The position numbers and the translations under genes are program-made. The notes under the pieces were generated by a model. It saw nothing but the letters and a program-made list of their open reading frames with translations. It was not told the DNA's origin and did not search any database. Positions 18,848-26,578 of a stretch of 34,043 nt of DNA are shown here, piece by piece; positions within the stretch are counted from its first letter, which is position 1, and every line of letters begins with the position of its first letter. The DNA is from Methanobacteriota archaeon. GTDB lineage: Archaea > Thermoplasmatota > Thermoplasmata > RBG-16-68-12 > EA-27. Where the stretch lies: contig VBMQ01000001.1 of assembly GCA_005878375.1 (NCBI GenBank), positions 1-34,043 of the forward strand, written 5' to 3'.

Positions 18848-18864
18848 TTCCCACCCGTTCCCTC

Positions 18865-18869
18865 TTTTT
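18865..18869 (+). terminator. oligo-T run between convergent genes
   Basis: CTCTTTTTC lies between the tube-protein stop (18847) and the KaiC-like stop (18870). Archaeal terminators are typically oligo-T tracts. Confidence 0.3.
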
Positions 18870-19565
18870 CTATGCGAAGACCTCGGCCTCCGTGTGGACG
18901 ACGGCGCCGACTTCCGTGAGGCTGTAGGGCTTGATGTGGCGGGAATGCTTGAGCCGCCGCATCTTCACGACTTGCACCGCCGGCTGGACCTCCCCGTTCG
19001 TCCGCTCGACGAGGCGCAAGCTGATGACGCCGTCGCTCACGTACTCAACGAGACCGTCGCGCGACGATCCCGGGTTCTCGTCCTTCACTTCGGCCGTCAC
19101 GATGCACGTCGCGCCCGTCTTGCGGATCTGGTCGCACAGCGCGAACAGGCGGGTGCGACGCTCGACGTCGTCGGGGAACATCATGTTGAGCAACGAGATC
19201 GAGTCGATCGCGATCCGTTGGGCCTCGAACTGCTTGATGAACGGCGGGAGTTCCGACTTCACGCGCGTCGCGGTCGCCTTCGCGTCCGCGGGCTCGAGCT
19301 TCACGAGCGCGGCCGTCTTGCCCTCCACGTGCGACCGCAGGTCCCATCCGTAGCCCTCCGCGGTCCGGAGGATCGACTCGACGTCCTCCTCGAGGGTGAT
19401 GAAGATCCCCTTCTCCCCGTTGATGAGTCCCTGCATCAGGAACTGGAGCGCGAAGGTCGTCTTCCCGGTCCCGAACGACCCGAGGATCGCGACGACGTGT
19501 CCCCGCGGCAGCCCTCCGCTCAGCATCTCGTCCAGCCCTTCCACGCCCGTCGGCACGAGGTCCAT
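18870..19565 (-). CDS. KaiC-like / RecA-superfamily ATPase (single domain)
   Basis: ATG at 19565. TGVEGLDEMLSGGLPRGHVVAILGSFGTGKTTFALQF (Walker A) and RIAIDSIS (Walker B). Confidence 0.8.
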   Translation of the reverse strand: MDLVPTGVEGLDEMLSGGLPRGHVVAILGSFGTGKTTFALQFLMQGLINGEKGIFITLEEDVESILRTAEGYGWDLRSHVEGKTAALVKLEPADAKATATRVKSELPPFIKQFEAQRIAIDSISLLNMMFPDDVERRTRLFALCDQIRKTGATCIVTAEVKDENPGSSRDGLVEYVSDGVISLRLVERTNGEVQPAVQVVKMRRLKHSRHIKPYSLTEVGAVVHTEAEVFA

Positions 19566-19570
19566 GTGGC

Positions 19571-20464
19571 TCACCCGATCCGTTCCATGTAGACGACGAC
19601 GAGGCCCTGCCGCGTCGTGATCATGATCGGAAAGCGCGCGATCTTCTCCATCGGGAGGTGGGGCAGCACGCTCGTGAATTTCTCCACGTACAGGTACCGC
19701 TGGCGCTTGCTGCTCCGGAGGTACCGCGACCACTCGAAGACGAGGCACCCGTCAACGGAGTCCACGATCATGCGTTCCACGCGCGGCTCCAGGATGTCGC
19801 GGGTGAGGAGGAGGTACACGATTCCGTCCCACCGCTTCGCGGCCCGTTGCAACCCCTTGATCGTGCTTACGAGATCCCGCGCGTCAACGGTCTCGGCGTC
19901 CACGAAATCGGAGAGGGAGTCGAGGACGACCATCGCGTGCGGGCCGTTCTCCTCGAGGAAGGCCACGAGTCCCTCGAGCAGATTCTCTGAGGGCGCTCCG
20001 AGGGGCGTCACCGGCGGCTCCGTCCATGTTGCAGGGACCACGGTGCGCCGGAAGTAGGGCGCGCTGAAGTCCTTGAATACGGTCGCCCGACGGAACGCCC
20101 GATAGTAGTCTTCGTTCAAACTGGCGGCGAATTCTCGGAGGACGACGTCGCGGGACCGAGCGAACGTCGCGTAGCACACCCGCTCCGGCAACACGGAATC
20201 GTCGCAGCCCGGGCCGAGGTAGAACGAGCGGAGGCGTGGATCCTCGCGGACGATCGTCAGCTTCGCGGCGCTCGTGTACACGTACTCCCGCATCCCCGCG
20301 CCCTCCTCGCCCATGAGCAGGACGACGGAGCCTTCCGGGAAGCCGCCCTCGACGATCGCGTCGAGGTCCGCGATCGCGGTCGGGATGCGCCGGATCGTGG
20401 GAGGGGCTGCGTCGGCCGGGAAGGAGTCCTCTGGCTGAGCTACGGCTTCTCCCGTTAGAGCCAT
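19571..20464 (-). CDS. KaiC/RecA-like protein with a degenerate Walker A motif
   Basis: IADLDAIVEGGFPEGSVVLLMGEEGAGMREYV aligns with the downstream paralogue but lacks the GK[TS]. It retains VVLDSLS (Walker-B-like). The gene is 5 nt upstream of the intact ATPase. Confidence 0.6.
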   Translation of the reverse strand: MALTGEAVAQPEDSFPADAAPPTIRRIPTAIADLDAIVEGGFPEGSVVLLMGEEGAGMREYVYTSAAKLTIVREDPRLRSFYLGPGCDDSVLPERVCYATFARSRDVVLREFAASLNEDYYRAFRRATVFKDFSAPYFRRTVVPATWTEPPVTPLGAPSENLLEGLVAFLEENGPHAMVVLDSLSDFVDAETVDARDLVSTIKGLQRAAKRWDGIVYLLLTRDILEPRVERMIVDSVDGCLVFEWSRYLRSSKRQRYLYVEKFTSVLPHLPMEKIARFPIMITTRQGLVVVYMERIG

Positions 20465-20487
20465 CCCGCCGGACGCATCCGGGTGCG

Positions 20488-20498
20488 GAGATAAAGAA
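20488..20498. promoter_or_regulatory. bidirectional TATA-like box (GAGATAAAGAA)
   Basis: It is centred 29 nt from ATG 20464 (minus strand) and 31 nt from ATG 20525 (plus strand). Confidence 0.35.
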
Positions 20499-20524
20499 CT
20501 TCCGCACGGCGACCGCGCGCGCGG

Positions 20525-21412
20525 ATGTGCGGCAAACGTTCATGCTCGCCGCGCGCATCGGGGGACGTCGAGGGGCGCACTCTGGCGGCTTCGTATCCGG
20601 AACTCGTCGCGCTGACCTTGCAGCGGGACGAGGACATTGACCTCGGGCGCGCGGCCCTCCTTCTGGCCCGTTCCGCGTATCCGGGATTGGCGGTCGAACC
20701 GTACCTCGCGAAGCTCGATGCGATCGCCGCGACGGTCTCGGAGCGTCTGGGCACCGATCACGACGCCCGCACGGTCGCGGCGGATATCTCCCGCCAACTG
20801 TACGAGGTCGAGGGCTTCCACGGGAACGAGCGGGACTACTACGACCCGCGGAACAGCTACCTCAACGAGGTGATCGACCGGAAGCTCGGGATCCCGATCA
20901 CCCTCTCCGTCATCCACCTCGAGGTCGCGCGCCGCGTGGCGCTCCCCGCCTTCGGCGTCGGCCTCCCCGGCCACTTCCTGGTGAAGGTCCCCGCCCCCGG
21001 GGGCGAGCTCCTCATCGACCCGTTCGAGGGCGGTCGTGTGATCACGCCCGCGGATTGTCAGGAGCGCCTCGATCGGGTGTACGGCGGCCTCGTCCGCCTC
21101 GACGCACGGATGCTCCTCCCCGTCTCCAAAAAGATGATCCTCGTCCGGATCCTGAACAACCTGAAGACGACGTACATGACACGCTCGGACTTCGATCGCG
21201 CGCTCGACGTCGTGTCGAGCATCCTCGTCCTCGACCCGTCGTCCCTCCCCGACCTCCGGGACCGCGGCCTCCTGCTCTACCGCCAAAACCGATTCGCCGA
21301 GGCGTTGCCGGACCTGCGGAAATATCTGATGCTCGCGCACGAGGCAGAGGACCGCGAGCCGATCAAGCAGACGATCCGCGGGATCGAAGCGATCCAGGCC
21401 CTCCTCGGATAG
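20525..21412 (+). CDS. SirB1-like protein (transglutaminase-like N-domain plus TPR-like C-domain)
   Basis: NSYLNEVIDRKLGIPITLSVIHLEVARRV..GLPGHFLVK..IDPFEGG together with the C-terminal TPR-like RALDVVSSILVLDPSS..RDRGLLLY. Confidence 0.7.
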   Translation: MCGKRSCSPRASGDVEGRTLAASYPELVALTLQRDEDIDLGRAALLLARSAYPGLAVEPYLAKLDAIAATVSERLGTDHDARTVAADISRQLYEVEGFHGNERDYYDPRNSYLNEVIDRKLGIPITLSVIHLEVARRVALPAFGVGLPGHFLVKVPAPGGELLIDPFEGGRVITPADCQERLDRVYGGLVRLDARMLLPVSKKMILVRILNNLKTTYMTRSDFDRALDVVSSILVLDPSSLPDLRDRGLLLYRQNRFAEALPDLRKYLMLAHEAEDREPIKQTIRGIEAIQALLG

Positions 21413-21483
21413 CCCCCTACCTGAGAATCAGAACCGCGAACGGACCGGTCACCTTTATCCCGGCCTCCGCTGTTTCGCCCGGG

Positions 21484-21951
21484 ATGGCGGTCCGCAACCC
21501 GCTCCTCGCCGTCTTCGGGACCCTCGCCTGGGCGGCGATCCTCGCGCCCCTGCTGTGCCTCCCGCTCCTCCTGTTTCGCTTCCTCGGGCTCCCGCAGGAG
21601 CTCGCGATCTTCTACGGCATCGCCGTGTTCGCGGTCGCCGGCTTCGTTGCCGGCCGCGCGGGCACGTTCGCGTTCGCGGCGTTCCCCGTCGGCTTCCTCG
21701 GCGGATTCGTCGGCTACGCCGTGTTCTTCTCCCTCGCGTTCCCGCCCATGAGCCTCCTCTTCGCGGCGATCCACGCGACCGTCGAGGCGTTGGCGGCATG
21801 GGCCGCGGCCCTGCGTGTGATGGCGAAGGTTACGCCGGAGGTCCGGTTGGAGAACGAGGAGAAGCGGCGGTGTCGGCTGTGCGGCGCCCGCGTCGGCCCC
21901 AAGGCCAGGCGCTGCTGGAGCTGCCATGGCTCCCTAAACCGGATCACCTGA
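21484..21951 (+). CDS. four-TM membrane protein with C-terminal zinc ribbon
   Basis: ATG at 21484 lies 27 nt from the TTTATCC box (21454-21460). Hydrophobic helices are followed by CRLCGARVGPKARRCWSCHG. Confidence 0.5.
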   Translation: MAVRNPLLAVFGTLAWAAILAPLLCLPLLLFRFLGLPQELAIFYGIAVFAVAGFVAGRAGTFAFAAFPVGFLGGFVGYAVFFSLAFPPMSLLFAAIHATVEALAAWAAALRVMAKVTPEVRLENEEKRRCRLCGARVGPKARRCWSCHGSLNRIT

Positions 21952-22839
21952 TCAGATCTTTCGCATCCGCCCGAGCACGGGCTCGTACACGAGGCCCTTG
22001 TCGAGCAACTCGTTCACGGCCTCTTCGAGCGCCTCCTTCCTGATCCCCCGCTTGCCCGCCGCCTCGAGGATCGCGTCCCATGGCGCCCCTTTCCCGTCCT
22101 TGTCGAGCTCCCCGATGAGGGCGAGGACCGCGTCTTCCGAGTCCTCCGCGACGGTCCGCTTTGGCGGCTCCGCCTTCGCGGGCGCCTTCGCCGTGGGCGG
22201 CGGCTCCGCCGCGAACCCGCGGAATTCCGGCAGGAGGTACCGCAAGGATTCCGCGAGGAGCGACGTGTACCGCGCGAGGTCCACCTTCCCGTAATGCTCC
22301 ACCGCCGCCAAGACGCCGTCCGCGACGTCCTCCGGGTACCCGAGGGCGACGAACGCGTCCTTCGTGAGCGGGTCCATCCGAATCGCCTCCCGCATCGCGT
22401 CGAGCCGCGTCTTCAGGGACCGACACGCCTCGAGGATCCAGTAGTCCCGCACGTTCTCATCGACGACCTTGATCATCTCGGGCCGCACGCTCGTGTAGAC
22501 GGTCCCGGCCTCGGGCGAATACGTGCGCGACTTCCCCATGACCGCCGCGAACGCGGGCGGCTTGACCTTCGCGAGCTTCGCCGCCGCCTCCGGCTGGTAC
22601 TGGCCCGCATAGACGTGGAACGTGCCCGTCGGGTCCGAGATGCGCGCCCGCCACATCGGCTGCCCGTCCGTGCCGACGTTCTCGACGTCCGTGAGCACGC
22701 CGACGACGAAGAGGCGGTTCACCCGCGCCCCCAGGGGCGTCACGACGTACGTCGGGGCTCGGTCGGCGCCGCCCCCGACCTCGAAATTGCTCTCGTTGTA
22801 TTCCCCCGCGAACAGCCGCCACGCGACCTCTCGGATCAT
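21952..22839 (-). CDS. RPA-associated OB-fold protein (COG3390-like / RPA32-like) with C-terminal winged helix
   Basis: ATG at 22839. MIREVAWRLFAGEYNES..YVVTPLGARVNRLFVVGVLT..RARISDPTGTFHVYAGQYQPEAA. It is the last gene of the rpa operon. Confidence 0.65.
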   Translation of the reverse strand: MIREVAWRLFAGEYNESNFEVGGGADRAPTYVVTPLGARVNRLFVVGVLTDVENVGTDGQPMWRARISDPTGTFHVYAGQYQPEAAAKLAKVKPPAFAAVMGKSRTYSPEAGTVYTSVRPEMIKVVDENVRDYWILEACRSLKTRLDAMREAIRMDPLTKDAFVALGYPEDVADGVLAAVEHYGKVDLARYTSLLAESLRYLLPEFRGFAAEPPPTAKAPAKAEPPKRTVAEDSEDAVLALIGELDKDGKGAPWDAILEAAGKRGIRKEALEEAVNELLDKGLVYEPVLGRMRKI

Positions 22840-22847
22840 CGGACCAC

Positions 22848-23171
22848 CTACATCTTCTCCACGAGCGCCCGCCCCCGCCGCCACTCCGCCTCGATCTTCG
22901 TCCGCGCCCCCGGTGTCGCCCACAGATCGTCGAGGTCCGGGCGCGCCTGTCGGCATGCGGTCAGCACCTCGTCCGGCGTGATCGCGTCGAGGGTCTCGAG
23001 CACGATCGGCTTCCACGCGCGGATTTCGCGCCCTCGGTCCCGGGCGAGCGTGTCGACGATCCAGAGGTCCCCCGCGATCCACCGCGTGACGTAGGCGCGG
23101 TCGAGCTTCTTCACCCGCTCCGTCACCCGCCGGAGCGCCGCCTCTCTCGCGATCTCCTGGAGGAGACCCAC
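22848..23171 (-). CDS. hypothetical 107-aa protein embedded in the rpa operon
   Basis: The ORF is tightly packed between rpa (stop 23173) and the RPA-associated gene (start 22839). No motif was recognised. Confidence 0.5.
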   Translation of the reverse strand: MGLLQEIAREAALRRVTERVKKLDRAYVTRWIAGDLWIVDTLARDRGREIRAWKPIVLETLDAITPDEVLTACRQARPDLDDLWATPGARTKIEAEWRRGRALVEKM

Positions 23172-23172
23172 T

Positions 23173-24507
23173 TCAGCCCTCCAGCTCCTCGAGCATCGCG
23201 CGGGCTTCCTCTTGCACGTCGACCTTCAGCACGCGCGCGCTGTCCACGATCATCATGAGCCCGTAGTCGTCGCTCGTCACGTTCCCGCGCACCTCGACGG
23301 GCTGCGCGATCAGGAGGTCCGCGAGCTCGTCCCGGACGACCTCCTGGTCCATCGCCTCCTTCGCCTGCGCGATGCACTCCTCGACCGTCTTCTCGAGCAG
23401 GAGCTCCGTGAGCTCCTTCCCGAACACTGCGGTGATTGCTCCGGACCCGTCGTCGACGACCGCCTTCACGCGCAGGTCCGCATTCCCCTGGACCTCGCCG
23501 TGGATGCGGCACACGTTCTTGCGGAGGACGCGGCGGCACTCCGGGCATCGGTACACGAGGCCGCTCCCGTCCTTGATGTCGATCAGGATGCCCCGCACGG
23601 TCGCGTCGACGGCCCCGCCCCGCTCCGCGAGGTCCTCGATCCACATCCGCGGGGACGCGGAGACGGCCTCCGCGGCCGGCAGGGCCTCCGCCGCCAACTT
23701 CGCGACCGAGGCGCGGTCGTCGAACGAGAGCTGCGGGATGCCCCGCCACGACTTCACGTAGCCGCCTTCGATGTGGATGGCGTCGCCCGCCGCGAGACCG
23801 AAGTCCTTCCACGCGGAGAACTGGACCTTCCCCGTCTCGTCCGCGAGGACGCCGCTGTGCACGGTCTTCGGCTCCCCGCTGACCTTGACCTCGCGGGCCT
23901 CGACGGACAGGACGCGTGCGCGGAGCGAGACGTTGCTGACCCCTTCACGCAAGTCGACGACCTTGGCGGGGGTCGCCGGGCCCGATGGGGCGGACGGTCG
24001 GCCCCCCTCGACCGCAGGCAAGAGGGCGTCGTCCTCCTTCGTCACGACCGCCCGGTTCCCGAGGTGGACCTCGACCCGGCCCTTGAACTCCTTCGTGTAC
24101 GCGTTCTGGATCCGCACGACGTCCCCCTTCGCGAGCTCTAGCCCCTCGGGGTTCCACGCCGTGTAGGGCGCTGTCCCCGTCGCGTCGCCGAGGAAGCCGT
24201 ACACGATCCCCTTCGAACCGCCCTCCGTCGCGATCTCCTTCTCGTTCACGGAGACGATCCGCGCGAGGAGGCTCACGCTCGGGTCGCCGGGCACGAGCTC
24301 ACGCACGGTCTTCGTGACGCCCAAGGAGAGATCCGCTGGATTCCCCCCATGCTTCTTCACGATCGACCGCTTAGCGGTGTCGAGCGACACGCGGTACACG
24401 TTGAGGTAGTTCCCCAACTCTCGTTCGATTTCGTCCTCACTGACCTTTCCGCCGAGCGCCCGCGAAATGTCGCGGACGTGGGGTCCCATCTCGTCCTTCA
24501 TTTCCAT
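23173..24507 (-). CDS. rpa: replication protein A (multi-OB-fold ssDNA-binding protein with zinc finger)
   Basis: 444 aa with repeated OB-fold patterns and CPECRRVLRKNVCRIHG. Confidence 0.8.
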   Translation of the reverse strand: MEMKDEMGPHVRDISRALGGKVSEDEIERELGNYLNVYRVSLDTAKRSIVKKHGGNPADLSLGVTKTVRELVPGDPSVSLLARIVSVNEKEIATEGGSKGIVYGFLGDATGTAPYTAWNPEGLELAKGDVVRIQNAYTKEFKGRVEVHLGNRAVVTKEDDALLPAVEGGRPSAPSGPATPAKVVDLREGVSNVSLRARVLSVEAREVKVSGEPKTVHSGVLADETGKVQFSAWKDFGLAAGDAIHIEGGYVKSWRGIPQLSFDDRASVAKLAAEALPAAEAVSASPRMWIEDLAERGGAVDATVRGILIDIKDGSGLVYRCPECRRVLRKNVCRIHGEVQGNADLRVKAVVDDGSGAITAVFGKELTELLLEKTVEECIAQAKEAMDQEVVRDELADLLIAQPVEVRGNVTSDDYGLMMIVDSARVLKVDVQEEARAMLEELEG

Positions 24508-24919
24508 CGTCCTGAGGCGGGTTCGATACCGACTGCCTCGTGCTGCCCTGAGGAAGGCACGTTTCCTAAATAACGACTACTGCAGGTACACGAAAACTAC
24601 CGACCGTCGTTTCGCGTGGACGGACATGTGGGGTCCCCTTTCCGCAGACGAGTCGGACGCGTTCAAGAGGTTGTCCTGACGAGCCGCGGAAGCGCTCCAG
24701 TTCTATCACGAAGACATCGTAGAACGGTTCAGCGCCCCCGGTCGACCGATCAATCGACTGAGGGGGATGGGAGGACTGTAAGGGTGGGTCCGCCCGTCTT
24801 CCGCAGACCTCTCGCCCGTCCGCCCGGAGGAATTGATAACCGGGGCATCACCCTTAAGCCGAGGCCCTCCCATCGCATCACCTCGAGAGGGGGCCCGTAC
24901 GGACCTCGAACTTGTGAAG

Positions 24920-25525
24920 ATGAAAGTCTGCATGGTCGGCGAGGCCGCCGTCGGCAAGACGAGCCTCGTCCGCCGCTTCGTCCTCGACCTGTTCAACGAG
25001 GCGTATGCGGCGACTCTCGGCGCCCGCGTCACGAAGCGGGAGTTGCATTTCAAGGGACTCGAGGTCGACAAGCACGTCCGCGTGGACATGACCCTGTGGG
25101 ACATCATGGGCGAGCGGTTCGTGCGGGACGAGCTGCGGGAGTCGTACCTCCTCGGCGCGCAGGCCGTCATCGCGGTCGCGGACATCGCCCGGCCGTCCAC
25201 GCTCGATGCCCTCGAGACGTGGATCGAATGGGTGCGGAACGCGGTCGGGGAAGTCCCCGTCGTCTACGCCGTGAACAAGATCGATTTGCTCCCCGAGCTC
25301 ATGAAGCGACCGAACGACGAGGAGATCGAGCAGCTGTTCGGGATGAAGGACGTCTTCTGGTTCTATACGAGCGCGAAGTCGGGCCAAGGCGTCGAGCCCG
25401 TGTTCTCCGCCGTCGCGAAGCAGGTGCTCGCCGAGGTGCTCGACTACCAGGTCGAACCGCTCCCGAAGGGGACCCGCCCGAGCGCGGACGCTCTAGATCT
25501 CGCCCGCGGCCCGTTGGGCCCGTGA
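24920..25525 (+). CDS. Ras/Rab-like small GTPase
   Basis: ATG at 24920 (MKVCMVGEAAVGKTS). G1 is GEAAVGKT, G3 is WDIMGE, G4 is NKID and G5 is SAK. Confidence 0.8.
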   Translation: MKVCMVGEAAVGKTSLVRRFVLDLFNEAYAATLGARVTKRELHFKGLEVDKHVRVDMTLWDIMGERFVRDELRESYLLGAQAVIAVADIARPSTLDALETWIEWVRNAVGEVPVVYAVNKIDLLPELMKRPNDEEIEQLFGMKDVFWFYTSAKSGQGVEPVFSAVAKQVLAEVLDYQVEPLPKGTRPSADALDLARGPLGP

Positions 25526-25570
25526 GCCCTCTGCGACCGTTCGGATTCTGGGAATTCAACGCCTTGCTCG

Positions 25571-26356
25571 CTAGCAGACGCAACACCGTGGGCTGTCCCA
25601 GTACTCGAGCCCGAGGCGCACGAGCGTTTCGTCCGCCGACGTGATGCCGTACGCGGAACCGTCGCCCAGGCGCGTGATGGTGAGGACCTGCTGCCCATCC
25701 GCGACGAGGACGAGGCAGTTGCACACGATCGCGCGGACCTCTGCGGCCTTTTCGAGCTCCCGTTCGAGCCGGATGTCCGGGACCGCAAGTTTTACTTTGA
25801 CTCTCCTCCGGGAGGCGTTCACGAGGTCATGCTCGATCTTTCGGAGGAATGCCTCGTCCGAGGCGAGCACGACGAGCTCCCTTCGCGCCGACGCGACCAT
25901 CGCCTGCGCCCGCGCGATGACGTTCGAGAGTCCTTTGACAACGTACGCGAGGTCGGTCGTGGACGTCGTTGCGGAGGACCGCAGCGGCTCAAGGAGCGCG
26001 GCGACGCGTGTGACCGAAGCCCGTTCGCGTTCGTGGCGCTCGTCGAGCATGCGCTGCAACCGCGACGCTGCGTCCTTGGGCGGCACGGCCCGATACCGTT
26101 TCGGCTTGCCCGTCTGCACCGCCACGAGCCCGCGCTCGGCAAGCTCATCCATCGCGTAGTAGATCTTCGAGTCGGGGATGCCCGTCCGTGCGATGAGGTC
26201 CCCCGCCGTCGCGTGCGGGAGGCGGACGAGGGCGGCGAACGCCTGCGAGGCGTATCCGGAAAGGCCGAGGTCCCGGAGGGTGCCTTCAATCTCCTGGCGG
26301 GAACCGTGCGCGGCTTCCTCCAACAGGACGTTCGCGCGCTTCTTGACTTCCGACAT
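25571..26356 (-). CDS. TrmB-family transcriptional regulator with a Cys-rich C-terminus
   Basis: ATG at 26356 lies ~30 nt from the TTGATAAAG box. The wHTH is LGLSGYASQAFAALVRLPHATAGDLIARTGIPDSKIYYAMDELAERGLV. The protein contains CNC and ends ..SPRCCVC. Confidence 0.8.
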   Translation of the reverse strand: MSEVKKRANVLLEEAAHGSRQEIEGTLRDLGLSGYASQAFAALVRLPHATAGDLIARTGIPDSKIYYAMDELAERGLVAVQTGKPKRYRAVPPKDAASRLQRMLDERHERERASVTRVAALLEPLRSSATTSTTDLAYVVKGLSNVIARAQAMVASARRELVVLASDEAFLRKIEHDLVNASRRRVKVKLAVPDIRLERELEKAAEVRAIVCNCLVLVADGQQVLTITRLGDGSAYGITSADETLVRLGLEYWDSPRCCVC

Positions 26357-26380
26357 CTGCGGAGTCGATGGGAGAGAGGG

Positions 26381-26414
26381 TTGATAAAGTTGCCTACTAC
26401 TACACAGAAGTAGG
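26381..26414. promoter_or_regulatory. bidirectional TATA-like box (TTGATAAAG, 26381-26389) plus TACT-N10-AGTA palindrome (26393-26414)
   Basis: This is the only A/T-rich element between trmB and the smORF. Both ATGs lie 30-34 nt from it. The arms CCTACT and AGTAGG are exact reverse complements and overlap the expected plus-strand transcription start. Confidence 0.45.
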
Positions 26415-26419
26415 TAACC

Positions 26420-26521
26420 ATGAGTCCCAAGGAACCGACGGACGAGGGTCGGAACGCGGACGCGTGTTGCGGGCCGGGATGCTGCGGGGGCGCACCCTGC
26501 TGCTCCGCCTGCTGCTGCTGA
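26420..26521 (+). CDS. candidate 33-aa cysteine-rich peptide (MSPKEPTDEGRNADACCGPGCCGGAPCCSACCC)
   Basis: It is not in the supplied ORF track because it is too short. The ATG at 26420 lies 33 nt from the shared TATA-like box, mirroring the trmB ATG on the other side. An in-frame TAG lies 9 nt upstream. The stop is at 26519-26521 and a T5 run follows at 26549-26553. Confidence 0.35.
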   Translation: MSPKEPTDEGRNADACCGPGCCGGAPCCSACCC

Positions 26522-26548
26522 ACCGACCCCGGGACGGCCACCCGCACC

Positions 26549-26553
26549 TTTTT
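26549..26553 (+). terminator. oligo-T run downstream of the Cys-rich smORF (may double as the A/T box for the next gene)
   Basis: The T5 run starts 28 nt after the smORF stop and lies about 28 nt upstream of ATG 26579. Confidence 0.25.
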
Positions 26554-26578
26554 GGCGGGACCGGCCTTCCCGCCCGCC

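Noticed and set aside
24519-24530. tRNA T-loop-like strings GGTTCGATACC (24519-24530) and GGTTCAAACC (33390-33399).
   Set aside because: The flanking bases cannot form a T-stem, and no acceptor or anticodon arms could be drawn on either strand. I found no tRNA or rRNA in the window.
24570-24919. Known structured RNAs in the long spacer: RNase P, SRP RNA, TPP or fluoride riboswitch, and C/D box sRNA.
   Set aside because: The diagnostic conserved strings are absent. These include GAGGAAAGUCC, the CUGAGA...ACCUGAUC pair, the AACCGCC...GCUGAUGA pair, and RUGAUGA with CUGA. Only weak partial resemblances such as GAGGAAGGCAC were seen. The spacer is still reported as unexplained.
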